DNA of 64,000 nt from an uncultured virus (IMG/VR IMGVR_UViG_3300025150_000005) (taxonomy: Duplodnaviria; Heunggongvirae; Uroviricota; Caudoviricetes), in IMG/VR virus record IMGVR_UViG_3300025150_000005. The stretch is one strand, 5' to 3'. The notes below the pieces were generated by a model. The model did no database searches, was not told the DNA's origin, and worked only from the letters and a program-made list of their open reading frames with translations. Both the position numbers and the translations under genes were made by a program. Of the stretch, positions 40,322 through 50,584 are shown piece by piece (within the stretch, counting starts at the first letter, position 1; the number at the start of each line of letters is the position of its first letter).

Positions 40322-41622
40322 GATGAATGTCCCCCCGACGTACGTTCAGACTCAGCACGCCAACTCATTGACTTCAGCCAGAGATCCGCTGCACAGACGT
40401 AGCGTCGAACTCGCTGATTGATCTCCGCTAGCTCACGACCCCACCCTGCAGTAGGGCGTCGCGGGAAGGACGCGTCGGCGAGCACACACGTCACGACGAC
40501 CATCGGGATACGTCGACCGTCGTTTTTGAAAGTCGCATGGTCCAACTCGACTACGAGATCCACGACGTGCTCGCCGAAGTCGGTTCGGTCACGCTGGAGC
40601 GCCGCGCGCAGCTGATCTACGAGATGATCCGGATCCTCGTAGAACGGGGGCGCCCAGCGCGCCTGGAACTGGTCTGGGCTCTGCAGTGCCGGCTGGCCAT
40701 TTGCGGACACGACCACGTACGCGCCGGCGCGCCCGAAGAGTGGATACCCGGGCGCGTCCTGGTCAAGCGGCAATCGACGGATCTCCAATGTGGGGGGCGT
40801 GTCCTCGTCGTTCGGATCACCACACCGTCGACAGTCGTACTTCTCCCCCAACCAGCGCGCGATCACGCGTGTGGTCTCCTCCGACCCGTCCCAGAGCAGT
40901 GCGTCCACTTGCGGCGGGCGGTAGTGGTATGTGCGTGGGATCATCGAACAGACGCCCCGCGCGCTGGGCGCCAGTCCACAGGCACGACCGACACACCGTG
41001 TTCGCGGAGCCACTCACCGAGCGTCACGTCACCCGAGTGCTCGCGCCGCCAACCGAAATTGGGGCGATCACCCACCATCCCCACTTCCATTGCGATCTGT
41101 TGTCGAGCCACCTGGACCGTCTCAGCGTCGTAACTTCCGACGTAGTCACCAGCGGTTCGGAGCTGACCTGCGAAACACGCGTTGAGGACGTGGTCCAGGC
41201 CATCTCGCCCGGATGCCTCGGATGCCTCCACGAGTTGCTGGAACGTCTCGACGTCATCGACATTCCCGAACCACGCGTTGGCGTCGTAGGTGAACGCAGG
41301 CCACGGTGCGTCAGATATGGGCATCAGTGCAACTCCACTGGACCCTCAAGGATCACACACTTCACGAGCGCCCCTGCGTCGCCACCCCACGGATGAACAG
41401 CAACTAGACCCGCTGTGTCGCGACAGAACTGATCCCAACGTCGTGCGCAGGCACTCAGGCGCCGATGACGACCATCGACGTCGAACGTGACGTGGCCCCG
41501 GCTCACACTGACGACACGATACCGACACGTGCCCAGCTTGAAGCTGTCGCCGGGCTCCAACTTCGAGAAATCGAGACGGTCGAAGACCACGTGAGACGCC
41601 TACTCGCTGTCGTTGCAAGCGG

Positions 41623-41651
41623 ACCCTACTGCAAACGTAGGTCGGCGTCAA
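41623..41651 (-). promoter_or_regulatory. Sigma70-like promoter with shared operator
   Basis: TTGACG-CCGACCTACGTTTGCAG-TAGGGT. Confidence 0.85.
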
Positions 41652-41661
41652 CCCCGACGTA

Positions 41662-42075
41662 TCAGTCCATGTACCCCAACTCCTCCAGCATCAACCCGAT
41701 CGCCGCCTCGCGGTTTGCCGTCAGGTCCACCCCTGGCTGAAAGGTCCGCATCGGAAGGACCCCACCCCACTTGATTGCGGCGATCACCCCGCCGACTCGG
41801 TAGTCGTTGACGTGGCGCGCGAAGTAGCGCTCACGACGCTCCTGCACCCAGTCCTGCGCCTCGTCCCAGTCGATGTGCGTCGGGTCACCTGCGCAGAGGA
41901 CGTCCCACAGGTAGTAGGCGTGGTCCTCTGTGAAGCGCGTCGGCGGGGTCCCGCCCGTGCCGTGTCGGGCCCACAGGTCCGGGTAGCCCTTCCGTACAGC
42001 TTCGGCGAGGTCGCGTGGAAACCAGGGCCACATTTTCCGAGGTGACGACACGATTTCCCCCTTCCGCAGCCCCAC
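41662..42075 (-). CDS. Phage-type hypothetical protein
   Basis: YPDLW..HG.GG...RERYFARH..D.R..GVIA.IKWG. Confidence 0.6.
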   Translation of the reverse strand: MGLRKGEIVSSPRKMWPWFPRDLAEAVRKGYPDLWARHGTGGTPPTRFTEDHAYYLWDVLCAGDPTHIDWDEAQDWVQERRERYFARHVNDYRVGGVIAAIKWGGVLPMRTFQPGVDLTANREAAIGLMLEELGYMD

Positions 42076-42131
42076 GTTAGCCCTGTATAGTGGTCAGCGC
42101 AATGAGAGGACCACCGACGCGCTGATCGCGC

Positions 42132-42161
42132 TTGCCACAACAACTACGTTTGTAGTAAGGT
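42132..42161 (+). promoter_or_regulatory. Sigma70-like promoter with shared operator
   Basis: TTGCCA-CAACAACTACGTTTGTAG-TAAGGT. Confidence 0.7.
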
Positions 42162-42191
42162 CCACCCTGGTTTCGCAATCGGGGGCATCTC

Positions 42192-43325
42192 GTGGACCAG
42201 CTATCGTCGCTCCGGCTCGTCAACTGGCGGGCGTTCCACGACATCACGATCGACTTCGACCAGACCACCGTGATCTACGGTGACAACGGGTCCGGTCGGA
42301 CTGCGATCGTCGAGGCGCTGACCCTCCTGTCGCAGATTGGACGCCAGCGCTACCCGGCTTTGCTGCGCAACGATGGCGCGGACTCACGTCTGCGTGCTGG
42401 CGCAGCCACAGCAGGACAGCCGACTCAGGTGAGTGTGGTCTTCAAGTCGCGTGAGTCTGCCCCTGTAGCCACCTACGGGTTCGACATCAACCCGGCAGGT
42501 TACGTCGACACTGAGTGGGTCCGAGTCACGGGTGTGGTGCACTTCTTCCAACACCTGAGCTTCCCCTACGGACACCCCCAGGCGATCCGCGCAGCAGCTC
42601 ACTGGAATCGTCACCGATGTGCGTCCAGCCCAGCCTTGGTCGTCGGCGAGATCGACGACCTCCCTGGCGATCATGGCCCCCTCGGCACAGCGCTTGGTCA
42701 CCGTGTCCGCGACGCGCTGCGCAGCATCCACGTCTCGACTCCTGACTCCCGGCCACGCTACGCAGTCCCGACTTGGCTGGAAGACGTCGACGAGGACAAT
42801 GCCCAACGCGCACTGGAGATCATGGCCCTGGGCCTGAGCGGCGACGGATGCGTCGGGACGCCACACGGCCTGCATCATCTCCCCGACGGCCCCCGCGGCG
42901 CAATCGTCCTGCACAACGACGGGGCACCTGTGCCGATGTCCCGGGGTGACTGGGCATGGCTCAGCATCGCAAGCAAGCTCCTCCAACCGGCACACCACAC
43001 CATCACCGTGATCGACGATGTCGACGACCACCTGAGTGAGCACCATCTCCCACGGCTGGCGGAATTGATCGAGTCGGCGCCCGAGTCCGCGCAGCGCATC
43101 GTGACGACACGGCGACGGGACCTACTCGACTGCCTGACAGCGCCTGTGGCGAGCGTGCGTGTGCTCCAGCGGCACGGGCCGTTGGTGGGCTGCCACCGAC
43201 TCGACCCGTTCCACCTCGCGGCCTTCGTCGACGGCTTCGGGAGCCTCGGGTCGGTCATGCGGTCCGGCTACCTGGGTCGGGTTCTCGCCGACGATGACGA
43301 GCCGCAGCCGACGTTGCCGTTGTAG
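42192..43325 (+). CDS. Degenerate AAA_21/OLD-like ABC ATPase
   Basis: LRLVNWRAF...VIYGDNGSGRT (K to R), MSRG, VIDDVD, IVTTRR (His lost). Confidence 0.7.
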   Translation: MDQLSSLRLVNWRAFHDITIDFDQTTVIYGDNGSGRTAIVEALTLLSQIGRQRYPALLRNDGADSRLRAGAATAGQPTQVSVVFKSRESAPVATYGFDINPAGYVDTEWVRVTGVVHFFQHLSFPYGHPQAIRAAAHWNRHRCASSPALVVGEIDDLPGDHGPLGTALGHRVRDALRSIHVSTPDSRPRYAVPTWLEDVDEDNAQRALEIMALGLSGDGCVGTPHGLHHLPDGPRGAIVLHNDGAPVPMSRGDWAWLSIASKLLQPAHHTITVIDDVDDHLSEHHLPRLAELIESAPESAQRIVTTRRRDLLDCLTAPVASVRVLQRHGPLVGCHRLDPFHLAAFVDGFGSLGSVMRSGYLGRVLADDDEPQPTLPL

Positions 43326-43332
43326 GCCGCCC

Positions 43333-44877
43333 TCAACGCGGCAAGTGCCCCCGCATGACCTCTGCCGTGGCTTCAGCGTCGGCCTTGGCATCGCGTGACC
43401 CGTCGCCTGCGTAGTAGGTCTTCGCCTCGTTCAACGCGTTGCCGTCGTACCAGCAGGCACACCACTCGCCGTCCAACTTCTTGACCACGACGCGCGACAG
43501 GCGTGCACCTGAGGGGCGCGCTGCGCGCTTCCTGGGTGCCGCCCCATTGGCCCGCGCGTGTGCAGGCAGCTTCGCTCCTGTCAGATCCGCGTCGTTGAGG
43601 TTCGCACCATCGAGGTTCACCCCCCGCAAATCGGCGTAGCGCAGGACCGTCCGTCGAAAGAGCACGTTGCGCATGTCGGCGTTGCGCAAGTCCGCGTTCG
43701 CGAGCATCGCGTCCGTCAGCCTCGCACCTGAGAGATCCGTCTCGCGCAGGTTCGCGTCCGTCAACCGCGCGCGAGCGAAGTTGACCCCCGCCAGATCGGC
43801 GCCCTCAAAGTTTGCGCCTGCGAGCTGCTTCCCGCTGAAGTCCTGCCCGCGCAAGTCCTGATCGACGAAGTAGGGTGCGTTGGGGCGTGGCGTAGACACG
43901 CCATATGCTCCCGTGAAGTCGGCGCCGTCGACCTTGGCACCTTCGAGCTTGGCGCCGCTCAAGTTGGCGCCACGCAGCACAGCGTTGCGAAGATCCGTCC
44001 GACGCAGATCTGCGCTCATGAGCAACGCGCCAGGCAGATCTGCGTGCCGCAGATCCGCCCCACGCAGGTCCGCGCCGTCCAGGTTGACGTTGTGCCCAAG
44101 TACCCACTGGAGATCTGCCCGTTGCAGATCGGCCCCGGAGAGATCGGCCCCGCCGATGACGGCGCCGTGGAGATCCTGTCCGTAGAGATCGGCCCCCGGC
44201 AGGTAGGCGTCGCCCAGGTTAGCCTGCCGCCCAGTTGCTCCACCCGACCGACGCCACTTCTTCTGCTCGTCGAGGATGTAGCGCAGCTCGCTGCGCGGAA
44301 TCGTGCGGCCATTCACGCGTGCGGCAGGGCGTGTTGGCTTCTTCGTCTCGGGCGAGACCTTGACCCTGCGCCGAGTCGTGTTCGTCAGGTTGGCACCCGT
44401 CAGGTTGGCGCCACGCCAATCGACCTGCTGTAGAGTCGCACCCGTCAGATCAGCGCCCTCCAAGTCCGCACGTGCCATCCTCGCGTTGCTGATCTGCGCG
44501 TCGCGCAGGATCGCACCCGTCAGATCGGCGCCCTCCAAGTTCACCGTGTGGAGCCGCGCGCCGTCGAGGTTCGCCGCGGTGAAGCGCGCACCCGACAGAT
44601 CAGCGTGGTTCAACGCGGCCTGACGCAGGTCGGCGTTGTCGAAGCTCGCTCGAACTGCATCGACGAGTGTCAGATCCGCTCGAATCAGCCGCGCGCCTCG
44701 CAGGTCAGCCCCGGTCAGGATGGCGCCGTACAAGTTGCGCCCAGAGAGCACGACGTCCCGCAGATCGGCGTTGCTGAGGTTCGCCTGTGCCCCTTGCGCC
44801 TCCTCGGAGTCGACCCACAGCTCGTGTGCGTCGATGATGCGAGCAAGATCCGTCGCGGTGATTCGGCGCTTGGCCAT
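43333..44877 (-). CDS. Multi-module pentapeptide-repeat protein
   Basis: Three A(D/N)Lxx repeat blocks plus a small C-terminal domain. Confidence 0.9.
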   Translation of the reverse strand: MAKRRITATDLARIIDAHELWVDSEEAQGAQANLSNADLRDVVLSGRNLYGAILTGADLRGARLIRADLTLVDAVRASFDNADLRQAALNHADLSGARFTAANLDGARLHTVNLEGADLTGAILRDAQISNARMARADLEGADLTGATLQQVDWRGANLTGANLTNTTRRRVKVSPETKKPTRPAARVNGRTIPRSELRYILDEQKKWRRSGGATGRQANLGDAYLPGADLYGQDLHGAVIGGADLSGADLQRADLQWVLGHNVNLDGADLRGADLRHADLPGALLMSADLRRTDLRNAVLRGANLSGAKLEGAKVDGADFTGAYGVSTPRPNAPYFVDQDLRGQDFSGKQLAGANFEGADLAGVNFARARLTDANLRETDLSGARLTDAMLANADLRNADMRNVLFRRTVLRYADLRGVNLDGANLNDADLTGAKLPAHARANGAAPRKRAARPSGARLSRVVVKKLDGEWCACWYDGNALNEAKTYYAGDGSRDAKADAEATAEVMRGHLPR

Positions 44878-44908
44878 CGGACAACCCCATAAAACGAAAC
44901 GAGATCCG

Positions 44909-45952
44909 TTATAGCAGCCCCTCGGCCGGGTTGTCACGGAAGAGATTGGCCTCGCGGATGTACCGCTCGACCATCGCAGTGCTCTTGTGGCGTGTCTGGC
45001 GCTTGATCACGTGCGCGGGGCGCCCTGCCCGTGCAGCGGCAGTGGCGAACCCCGCACGCAAGGAGTGGCCTGAGTAGGCATCGGGGTTCGGGACGCCTGC
45101 GACCGCGGCTGCACGCTTCGCGAGTCGGTTGACGGCCTGCGTGCTCATTCGCTGCTCGGTGAGCACGTCGCCGTGCGGCCCGTAGATCACCAACCACAGC
45201 GGATCGCGTGGCTCCCCATCACCGATCGCGTCCAGCCACGCTCGCAGGTTCCGTACGGGGCAGGTCACGCGGCGTGTCCCGTACGGCACCGCGAGACGCG
45301 CCCCATAGCCCTCCTGATCCGTCTTCGAGCGTCGGATCGTGACCACGACGCCTCCGGTGTCGAACGTGACGTCGGCTCGGTTGAGGGCCACCAGCTCCGA
45401 CCGTCGCAGAGCGGCCGCGAAGCCGATGGTGAGCACGGCCCGGTCGCGAATGCCCCGGAGAGTGTCTGGGAGGCCCTCACACGCCTTTCGGAGCAGGTCG
45501 GGGACGTGAGGGGCAGCTTGGCGTTGTGGAGCCCCTGAGACCTGCCGTCGGAACGCCTGGAGGCGATACTTGACCTCGGGGTGCGCCTTGGGCGACGGGT
45601 GACCTGCCGCGACGTGGGCGTGGTTGATGGCGACGACCGCCGTGTCCAGCGTCGTTCGGCTCTTCCCCTCGGCGACCAGGGTGCCCAGGTAAGCCACGAT
45701 GTGCGCTGGGACTGCTGGGATGGGGCGCACCTGACGTGAGTGGCACCACAGCTCGTAGCGGCGAAGCGCGCCTTGGTACGCACGGCGTGTGTTGTCGGAC
45801 CAGATGGCCTGCCCAAGATCGGCGGCCTGCTCCATGTCCGCGATGAGCAGGGGGCTGTCCTCGACGCGCCCGACTTCGTCGAGAGCGTCGAGGGTATCCA
45901 CGTCGATGATCATGAGGTCGGTGGACAGAGGTGCGGCCTCCACGCTGTACAT
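44909..45952 (-). CDS. Cre-like tyrosine recombinase
   Basis: SAM-like N-domain (NTRRAY), ALRRSE, RSKTDQ, GHSLRAG, QTRH, RY catalytic residues intact. Confidence 0.9.
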   Translation of the reverse strand: MYSVEAAPLSTDLMIIDVDTLDALDEVGRVEDSPLLIADMEQAADLGQAIWSDNTRRAYQGALRRYELWCHSRQVRPIPAVPAHIVAYLGTLVAEGKSRTTLDTAVVAINHAHVAAGHPSPKAHPEVKYRLQAFRRQVSGAPQRQAAPHVPDLLRKACEGLPDTLRGIRDRAVLTIGFAAALRRSELVALNRADVTFDTGGVVVTIRRSKTDQEGYGARLAVPYGTRRVTCPVRNLRAWLDAIGDGEPRDPLWLVIYGPHGDVLTEQRMSTQAVNRLAKRAAAVAGVPNPDAYSGHSLRAGFATAAARAGRPAHVIKRQTRHKSTAMVERYIREANLFRDNPAEGLL

Positions 45953-45997
45953 GAAGAGGCTACCACACGGGCTGGCGTCGCAGGTTGAAAGAGAGGC

Positions 45998-46026
45998 TTG
46001 ACCCCAACCTACGTTCGTAGTAGGGT
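45998..46026 (+). promoter_or_regulatory. Sigma70-like promoter with shared operator, divergent from the recombinase
   Basis: TTGACC-CCAACCTACGTTCGTAG-TAGGGT. Confidence 0.8.
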
Positions 46027-46067
46027 CCGCCCTGCGCCTGAGCCGCTGCGAGGACGACAGGGCCAAC

Positions 46068-46729
46068 ATGGACAAGAGCCCACCGCTCCTGGGCCAGCTA
46101 CTCACAGGTCACCTGGATCTCCGCGACCTGCTCATCGCAGGTGCCGTCGAGGTGTGGGGTCTCCGCGAAGACGGCTGCGCGTCCATACACCCGTCGCCAG
46201 ATTTCCGAGGGCGTGTCCGTGAAGCTCGACACAAGTTGAAGGAGATCACAGCGACGATCGCTGAAGTCGAGGCGTGGCCTGCAACTGAGGCGCAACTGCA
46301 CCACAAAGCGCACTGCAATGCCGTCACAGAGGACCTGGACGACGCCAAGCGCTACCGCGCTGACTTGCGCCGACTCCGAGCAGAGCTGCGGGACTTCGTC
46401 GCAGCACTTCAACCGGAGCGCGTCGAAGGGCACGCGCAGGTATTGGCAGCGGCCGACAAGGCGCGGCCGACAAGGCGCGGCCGCTCCTACACGCACTTCG
46501 ACAGTACGTCGACTGGAACCGCGACGTATCCACCGCAGCCAACTTCCTCTGCCTGGGCTACACCTCCGAGGCGTTTCGCATGATGCGACTCTGTGCGCTC
46601 ATGGCCGACAAGGCGCGCTGGGGGCGCGAGCTTGAGGCCGCCCAAGAAGAAGCTGCGGAGTACGCCGCGTTCGCCGAGGCGTTCCTCGCCGCTCTGCCAG
46701 AACCCACCCCAGAACCGGAGCCTGCGTGA
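46068..46729 (+). pseudogene. Hypothetical gene, apparent frameshift near 46500
   Basis: An alternative frame continues (WNRDVSTAANFL...EPA*) to a GTGA overlap with the next gene. Confidence 0.5.
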
Positions 46730-47108
46730 CCGACGAGCAGACAAGCGAGGCGATCACCGCCCTCAAGACCATCATCTGCGCGGAGGTCAATCGCGAGGCC
46801 CCGCGCTTCCCACTCCTCAACGCCTACACCGGGGCGCTCCGGGCTACGCTGGCACACACAGGCGACATGCCGCTGGACGCGGTCAACGACTTCGCGTTGG
46901 GCGACGACGACGGACTGGGCCGCTACATCGTACTCCAGGTGGGAGAACGACCACCAAAAGATCACGCCGTACACGGCGGGACTCTACCGGGCGCTCCGCG
47001 CATCAATCCAGCGCGACCCGTCCGTAGGTGCACGTGCGCGCGCCATCTCGATCGACGCAGGCCCTGTCGCTGCGCTCTACTGCCTGCTCCACCCGGGCTA
47101 CGAGGCGG

Positions 47109-48119
47109 CTACGCGCGAGCCCTGACCCGCGCTCGCGCTGCACGCCCTGCAGCCTTCGCACGCTCGCGCTCACCCTGGTTGGGTCGCGACCCTGCCGCCC
47201 CGAACTTGGGATCGGGGCGCCACACCAGTACGGCGTCGCCGACGATCGGCGCACCCAGCAGGATCATCGCCGTCAGGTTCCAGGCAGCGTCCTTGAGACG
47301 CCCGTCGTCGTCGACTGCCAACTCCCACTTCGACGGGTCGAGCATCAGCACTCGACGAATGTCCTGGCGCATCCTCGCCAAGTTCTCGGGCAGGGGGACA
47401 GGCACGACCTGCTGCGGGCGAACCACGTCGATCGTCTGCGCCCTGGTGGCCTTGTAGTAGAAGTCGAGCGGGAAGTGATCCAGCAGTGGGAGCCCCGGCT
47501 GGTAGACGGCGTCTGCGAGAGGGACGGAGTCCTCGACACGCTCGCGGAGCAGGAACGCCACCACGCGATCGGGTAGGCCTTGCGGACCCTCGGAGAGGTT
47601 GGGACGCTGCCCTCGTGAGGGCGACGGCTCCTGCCCGGGAGGAGGTGGTGTCGCTGTGATGTAGTACGCGTTCGCTGGCCCGCCACTGTACTCCCCACCG
47701 CCGTGACGCTTCCAGGGCGACGTGTGCTGGCGACCCCCATCCTCGATCGCGGCTTCCTTCGCAGCGGTGAGGTTGCGGTAGGGGCCGCCGACGTACTTGA
47801 ACGGTGAGGCTCGGTGGCCACCCTGAAGCCAATACGGACCCTGGGTCTGCCCGACTGGCCCTGCGTTGGCCCGCACACTGTGCTTTGCTGCCCCCACACC
47901 AAGGTGCTCCGCGTAGTCGATCACGGACTCCTCGAAGCCGCGCCCCCGTACGAAGAACCCATCCTCGAAAGCGCCTGCGACGTCGTCGTCCCACCAGTCG
48001 ACGATGGTTTTCCCGGTGCGCTGATCTTCGATACTCACGTGTGCGCGGTCCCGCTCGAACCACTGCGTGACCCGCACTTCGCCTGCCCGCCAGCGGTCCT
48101 TCAGGCTCCTCTTCGCCAT
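47109..48119 (-). CDS. Multidomain protein with R-x-N linkers
   Basis: WFERDR..W.D.D....EDGF module, then RANA, RPNL and RPNQ junctions; GGAGGAG RBS. Confidence 0.75.
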   Translation of the reverse strand: MAKRSLKDRWRAGEVRVTQWFERDRAHVSIEDQRTGKTIVDWWDDDVAGAFEDGFFVRGRGFEESVIDYAEHLGVGAAKHSVRANAGPVGQTQGPYWLQGGHRASPFKYVGGPYRNLTAAKEAAIEDGGRQHTSPWKRHGGGEYSGGPANAYYITATPPPPGQEPSPSRGQRPNLSEGPQGLPDRVVAFLLRERVEDSVPLADAVYQPGLPLLDHFPLDFYYKATRAQTIDVVRPQQVVPVPLPENLARMRQDIRRVLMLDPSKWELAVDDDGRLKDAAWNLTAMILLGAPIVGDAVLVWRPDPKFGAAGSRPNQGERERAKAAGRAARARVRARA

Positions 48120-48185
48120 GTTCCGTCTCCTCCAGGCGCCAGGATGCAGGTTCAGACGCGGGTCGTCAACCGACGCAACGCCGGT

Positions 48186-49928
48186 TCAGATGTCCTGCCC
48201 AGGTCGAGCAAGGCGAAGACCACGACTGCGCGCTTCCACCTCGATTTGAGACCAGATGATGATCGACTGCGTCCCGTAGTGCTTCGCGACCGCCTCGACG
48301 GCCTTCATCGCCCGAGCGTAGAGCTTGTCCTCGTCCTTGGGACGGACCTTGGCGATGGATCCGAGGTAGACTTGCATGGCGGCGACTGCCGCCTCGATCT
48401 TCGCAGTGGGGCGACGCACGCCGGCATTCTCCCGTGGTGGACGCTGCTTGCCCATCTTGGCGCGACGCCGCACACGCGTGTTGTAGAGGTCGGTGACCAG
48501 TACCACCGCGTCGACGTCTTTGATCTGTCCGGGATCTGCGCCGACTTCCACAGCTATCGCTCGCACAGCATCTCCGATCCGCTGCGCAATGATCAGCATG
48601 GGCTCAAAAGGCATCGCCCTACGCTGCGCGAGGGTCTCCGGCCCTACGTGGTCAGCGCAGCCTTGCGGATCTGGGCGACCTCCGGTTAGGCCACGGTACG
48701 GGACCCACACGTCGTAGACATCTGGCCCCGGTTGACCCCCGAACAGGGTCCCGCGTCGTGTGCTGTCCACAGGGCGACACGGATCATCGTACGGCAGTGT
48801 GGTCCGTCGCCAGAGACGCCCGTCCGGCGTCTCCAGGAGATCGGCTGCTAAACTCCCGCGTAGCTCTTGGACGTAGGCTTCCAGGGAACGCGCCGCGGTG
48901 CGTCGGAAGTGGTCTCGGTCGCGCGCAACGGTGCTCAGCTCGAACGGGCTGTATGCAACCGTCGGTTCGTAGACGCGCAACGCGAGTCGGAGCAGCCGCT
49001 CCTGCAAGTCCTCGCCGTGCTCATGTACGTGCTCCGGCTCGTAGTCGACCTCCGACCCCGCAGTGGTGTCCCGCGCCTCCAGAGCTTCCGCAAGAAAACC
49101 TTCCAACCAATCCCCGATCTCAGCTGCACGTTCCCAGTGTGTCGTTGCGCGTTCGTGTAGTCCGTGCGTCTCGGCCGTCTCAGCTTCACGCTCGTGATGA
49201 TCAAGCTGCGCCCAGGCCGCGCGAAGCCGCTCGCGATCGCGCACTGAGAGCGCCGCCCACAGCACCTGGACGTCAACATCATCCAGGTCGACACCTGACG
49301 CGTTCGCGCGGGACCTTCGAGCATGACCGAGCCGCACGCCAGCATTCTCCCGCGGCGACTCGCCTCTGGACTTGACCTCCAGGAGCATTCGATGAACAAG
49401 GCTGCCGCCGTTCGCAGTCCGCGTCCGCCCGTGAACCTCGACAACCCAGAAGTCCGGCCCCTGGCGCTTGCGCACGATGGTGATCGCAGTCAGCGCTGGG
49501 TTGTGCTGTCGAGCGGCTGAAAGTGCGGCGCGATCCACGTCGTCGGCACTCGGATCGCCTCCGTTTCGACGCGCGGCTCGGATCGGCGTGATGGTGACCA
49601 CACCGTGGTCTGCCATCGCCGCGTTGACGTCGGGGAGGTCGTCGTAGTGGAGCGTCGATTGGAGCCCAACAGCCCGAATCACCTTGGCCCTGTCAGAGCC
49701 AGTAAGGTACACTCCAGTGACTGGTAGGTCATACTGGCGGACGGCATCGGCGACCGAGAGCGGTGCGAGCTTGTCCGTACGACGCGACCGCGCGCTCACG
49801 ATGTAGCACTTGGCGTGTCGAGCGTCTGCGCGTAAGCGTTCGTGCATGTACGCGATCGGCTTGCCGCTCGGCGTGAACAGCGTGTCGTCGAAGTCGTAGG
49901 TGACGACAAGCGGACTGCGGTTCATCAA
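48186..49928 (-). CDS. Multidomain protein: N-terminal HAD-like domain plus modules separated by R-x-N linkers
   Basis: YDFDDTLF..IVSAR..HYDD HAD motifs; RRNG, RENA (twice), RANA. Confidence 0.75.
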   Translation of the reverse strand: MMNRSPLVVTYDFDDTLFTPSGKPIAYMHERLRADARHAKCYIVSARSRRTDKLAPLSVADAVRQYDLPVTGVYLTGSDRAKVIRAVGLQSTLHYDDLPDVNAAMADHGVVTITPIRAARRNGGDPSADDVDRAALSAARQHNPALTAITIVRKRQGPDFWVVEVHGRTRTANGGSLVHRMLLEVKSRGESPRENAGVRLGHARRSRANASGVDLDDVDVQVLWAALSVRDRERLRAAWAQLDHHEREAETAETHGLHERATTHWERAAEIGDWLEGFLAEALEARDTTAGSEVDYEPEHVHEHGEDLQERLLRLALRVYEPTVAYSPFELSTVARDRDHFRRTAARSLEAYVQELRGSLAADLLETPDGRLWRRTTLPYDDPCRPVDSTRRGTLFGGQPGPDVYDVWVPYRGLTGGRPDPQGCADHVGPETLAQRRAMPFEPMLIIAQRIGDAVRAIAVEVGADPGQIKDVDAVVLVTDLYNTRVRRRAKMGKQRPPRENAGVRRPTAKIEAAVAAMQVYLGSIAKVRPKDEDKLYARAMKAVEAVAKHYGTQSIIIWSQIEVEARSRGLRLARPGQDI

Positions 49929-50540
49929 TCACGCCGCCGAGCGCGTCCCGCGCTGAGACGTCGCTGCCCGAACCAGTGCGATGACAACTGCGGGCAGCGG
50001 GAACGCGTAGGCACCACCTGCCCACATCCCCAGCGACAGCGGGGACGCGCCACGGCTGGCCTCTAGGCCAACCGTCAGACCCACCGCGACCGTGCTGGCG
50101 AGCCCACCAATGAGCATGGTCGTGATCTGATTGCCGAAGGTCGCAGCGCCGAGCGAGCACGCCGGGGGCGCCTTTCGGAGCGGCTGACCACCAGACGCCA
50201 TCAACTGGTGCGCGCGCGAGACGTGCTGGAGCGCACGCTCCGCGTACTCGGCCCCCCACATCCCCAAGTCACGCTGTGCGCGCTGGGTGAGCTGCGCAAC
50301 GTCACGCAGGTAGGCTGGGTTCCAGTTGACGGGTGCACCCGCAGGCGTCGGCCCGACGCGATTCAGGAGCGACTGCAGGATGTTGGCGAGGTCACCTTGA
50401 ATGCGCTCGCGCAGGATCGGATCGCCGGCCCGCATTGAACGCCCCCCACGCGTCAGCACGATCAGGGCGCTACCCGCCCCCGCGAGGGCTGTGGTGATCG
50501 GGTCACGGTGCGCGACGGGCATCATCGGCGAAGTGTTCAT
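49929..50540 (-). CDS. Membrane protein
   Basis: C-terminal hydrophobic helices. Confidence 0.6.
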   Translation of the reverse strand: MNTSPMMPVAHRDPITTALAGAGSALIVLTRGGRSMRAGDPILRERIQGDLANILQSLLNRVGPTPAGAPVNWNPAYLRDVAQLTQRAQRDLGMWGAEYAERALQHVSRAHQLMASGGQPLRKAPPACSLGAATFGNQITTMLIGGLASTVAVGLTVGLEASRGASPLSLGMWAGGAYAFPLPAVVIALVRAATSQRGTRSAA

Positions 50541-50584
50541 GGAAAGGGAGACTAACCGGATCTGTGCGGCTCTGCAACAGCCTC

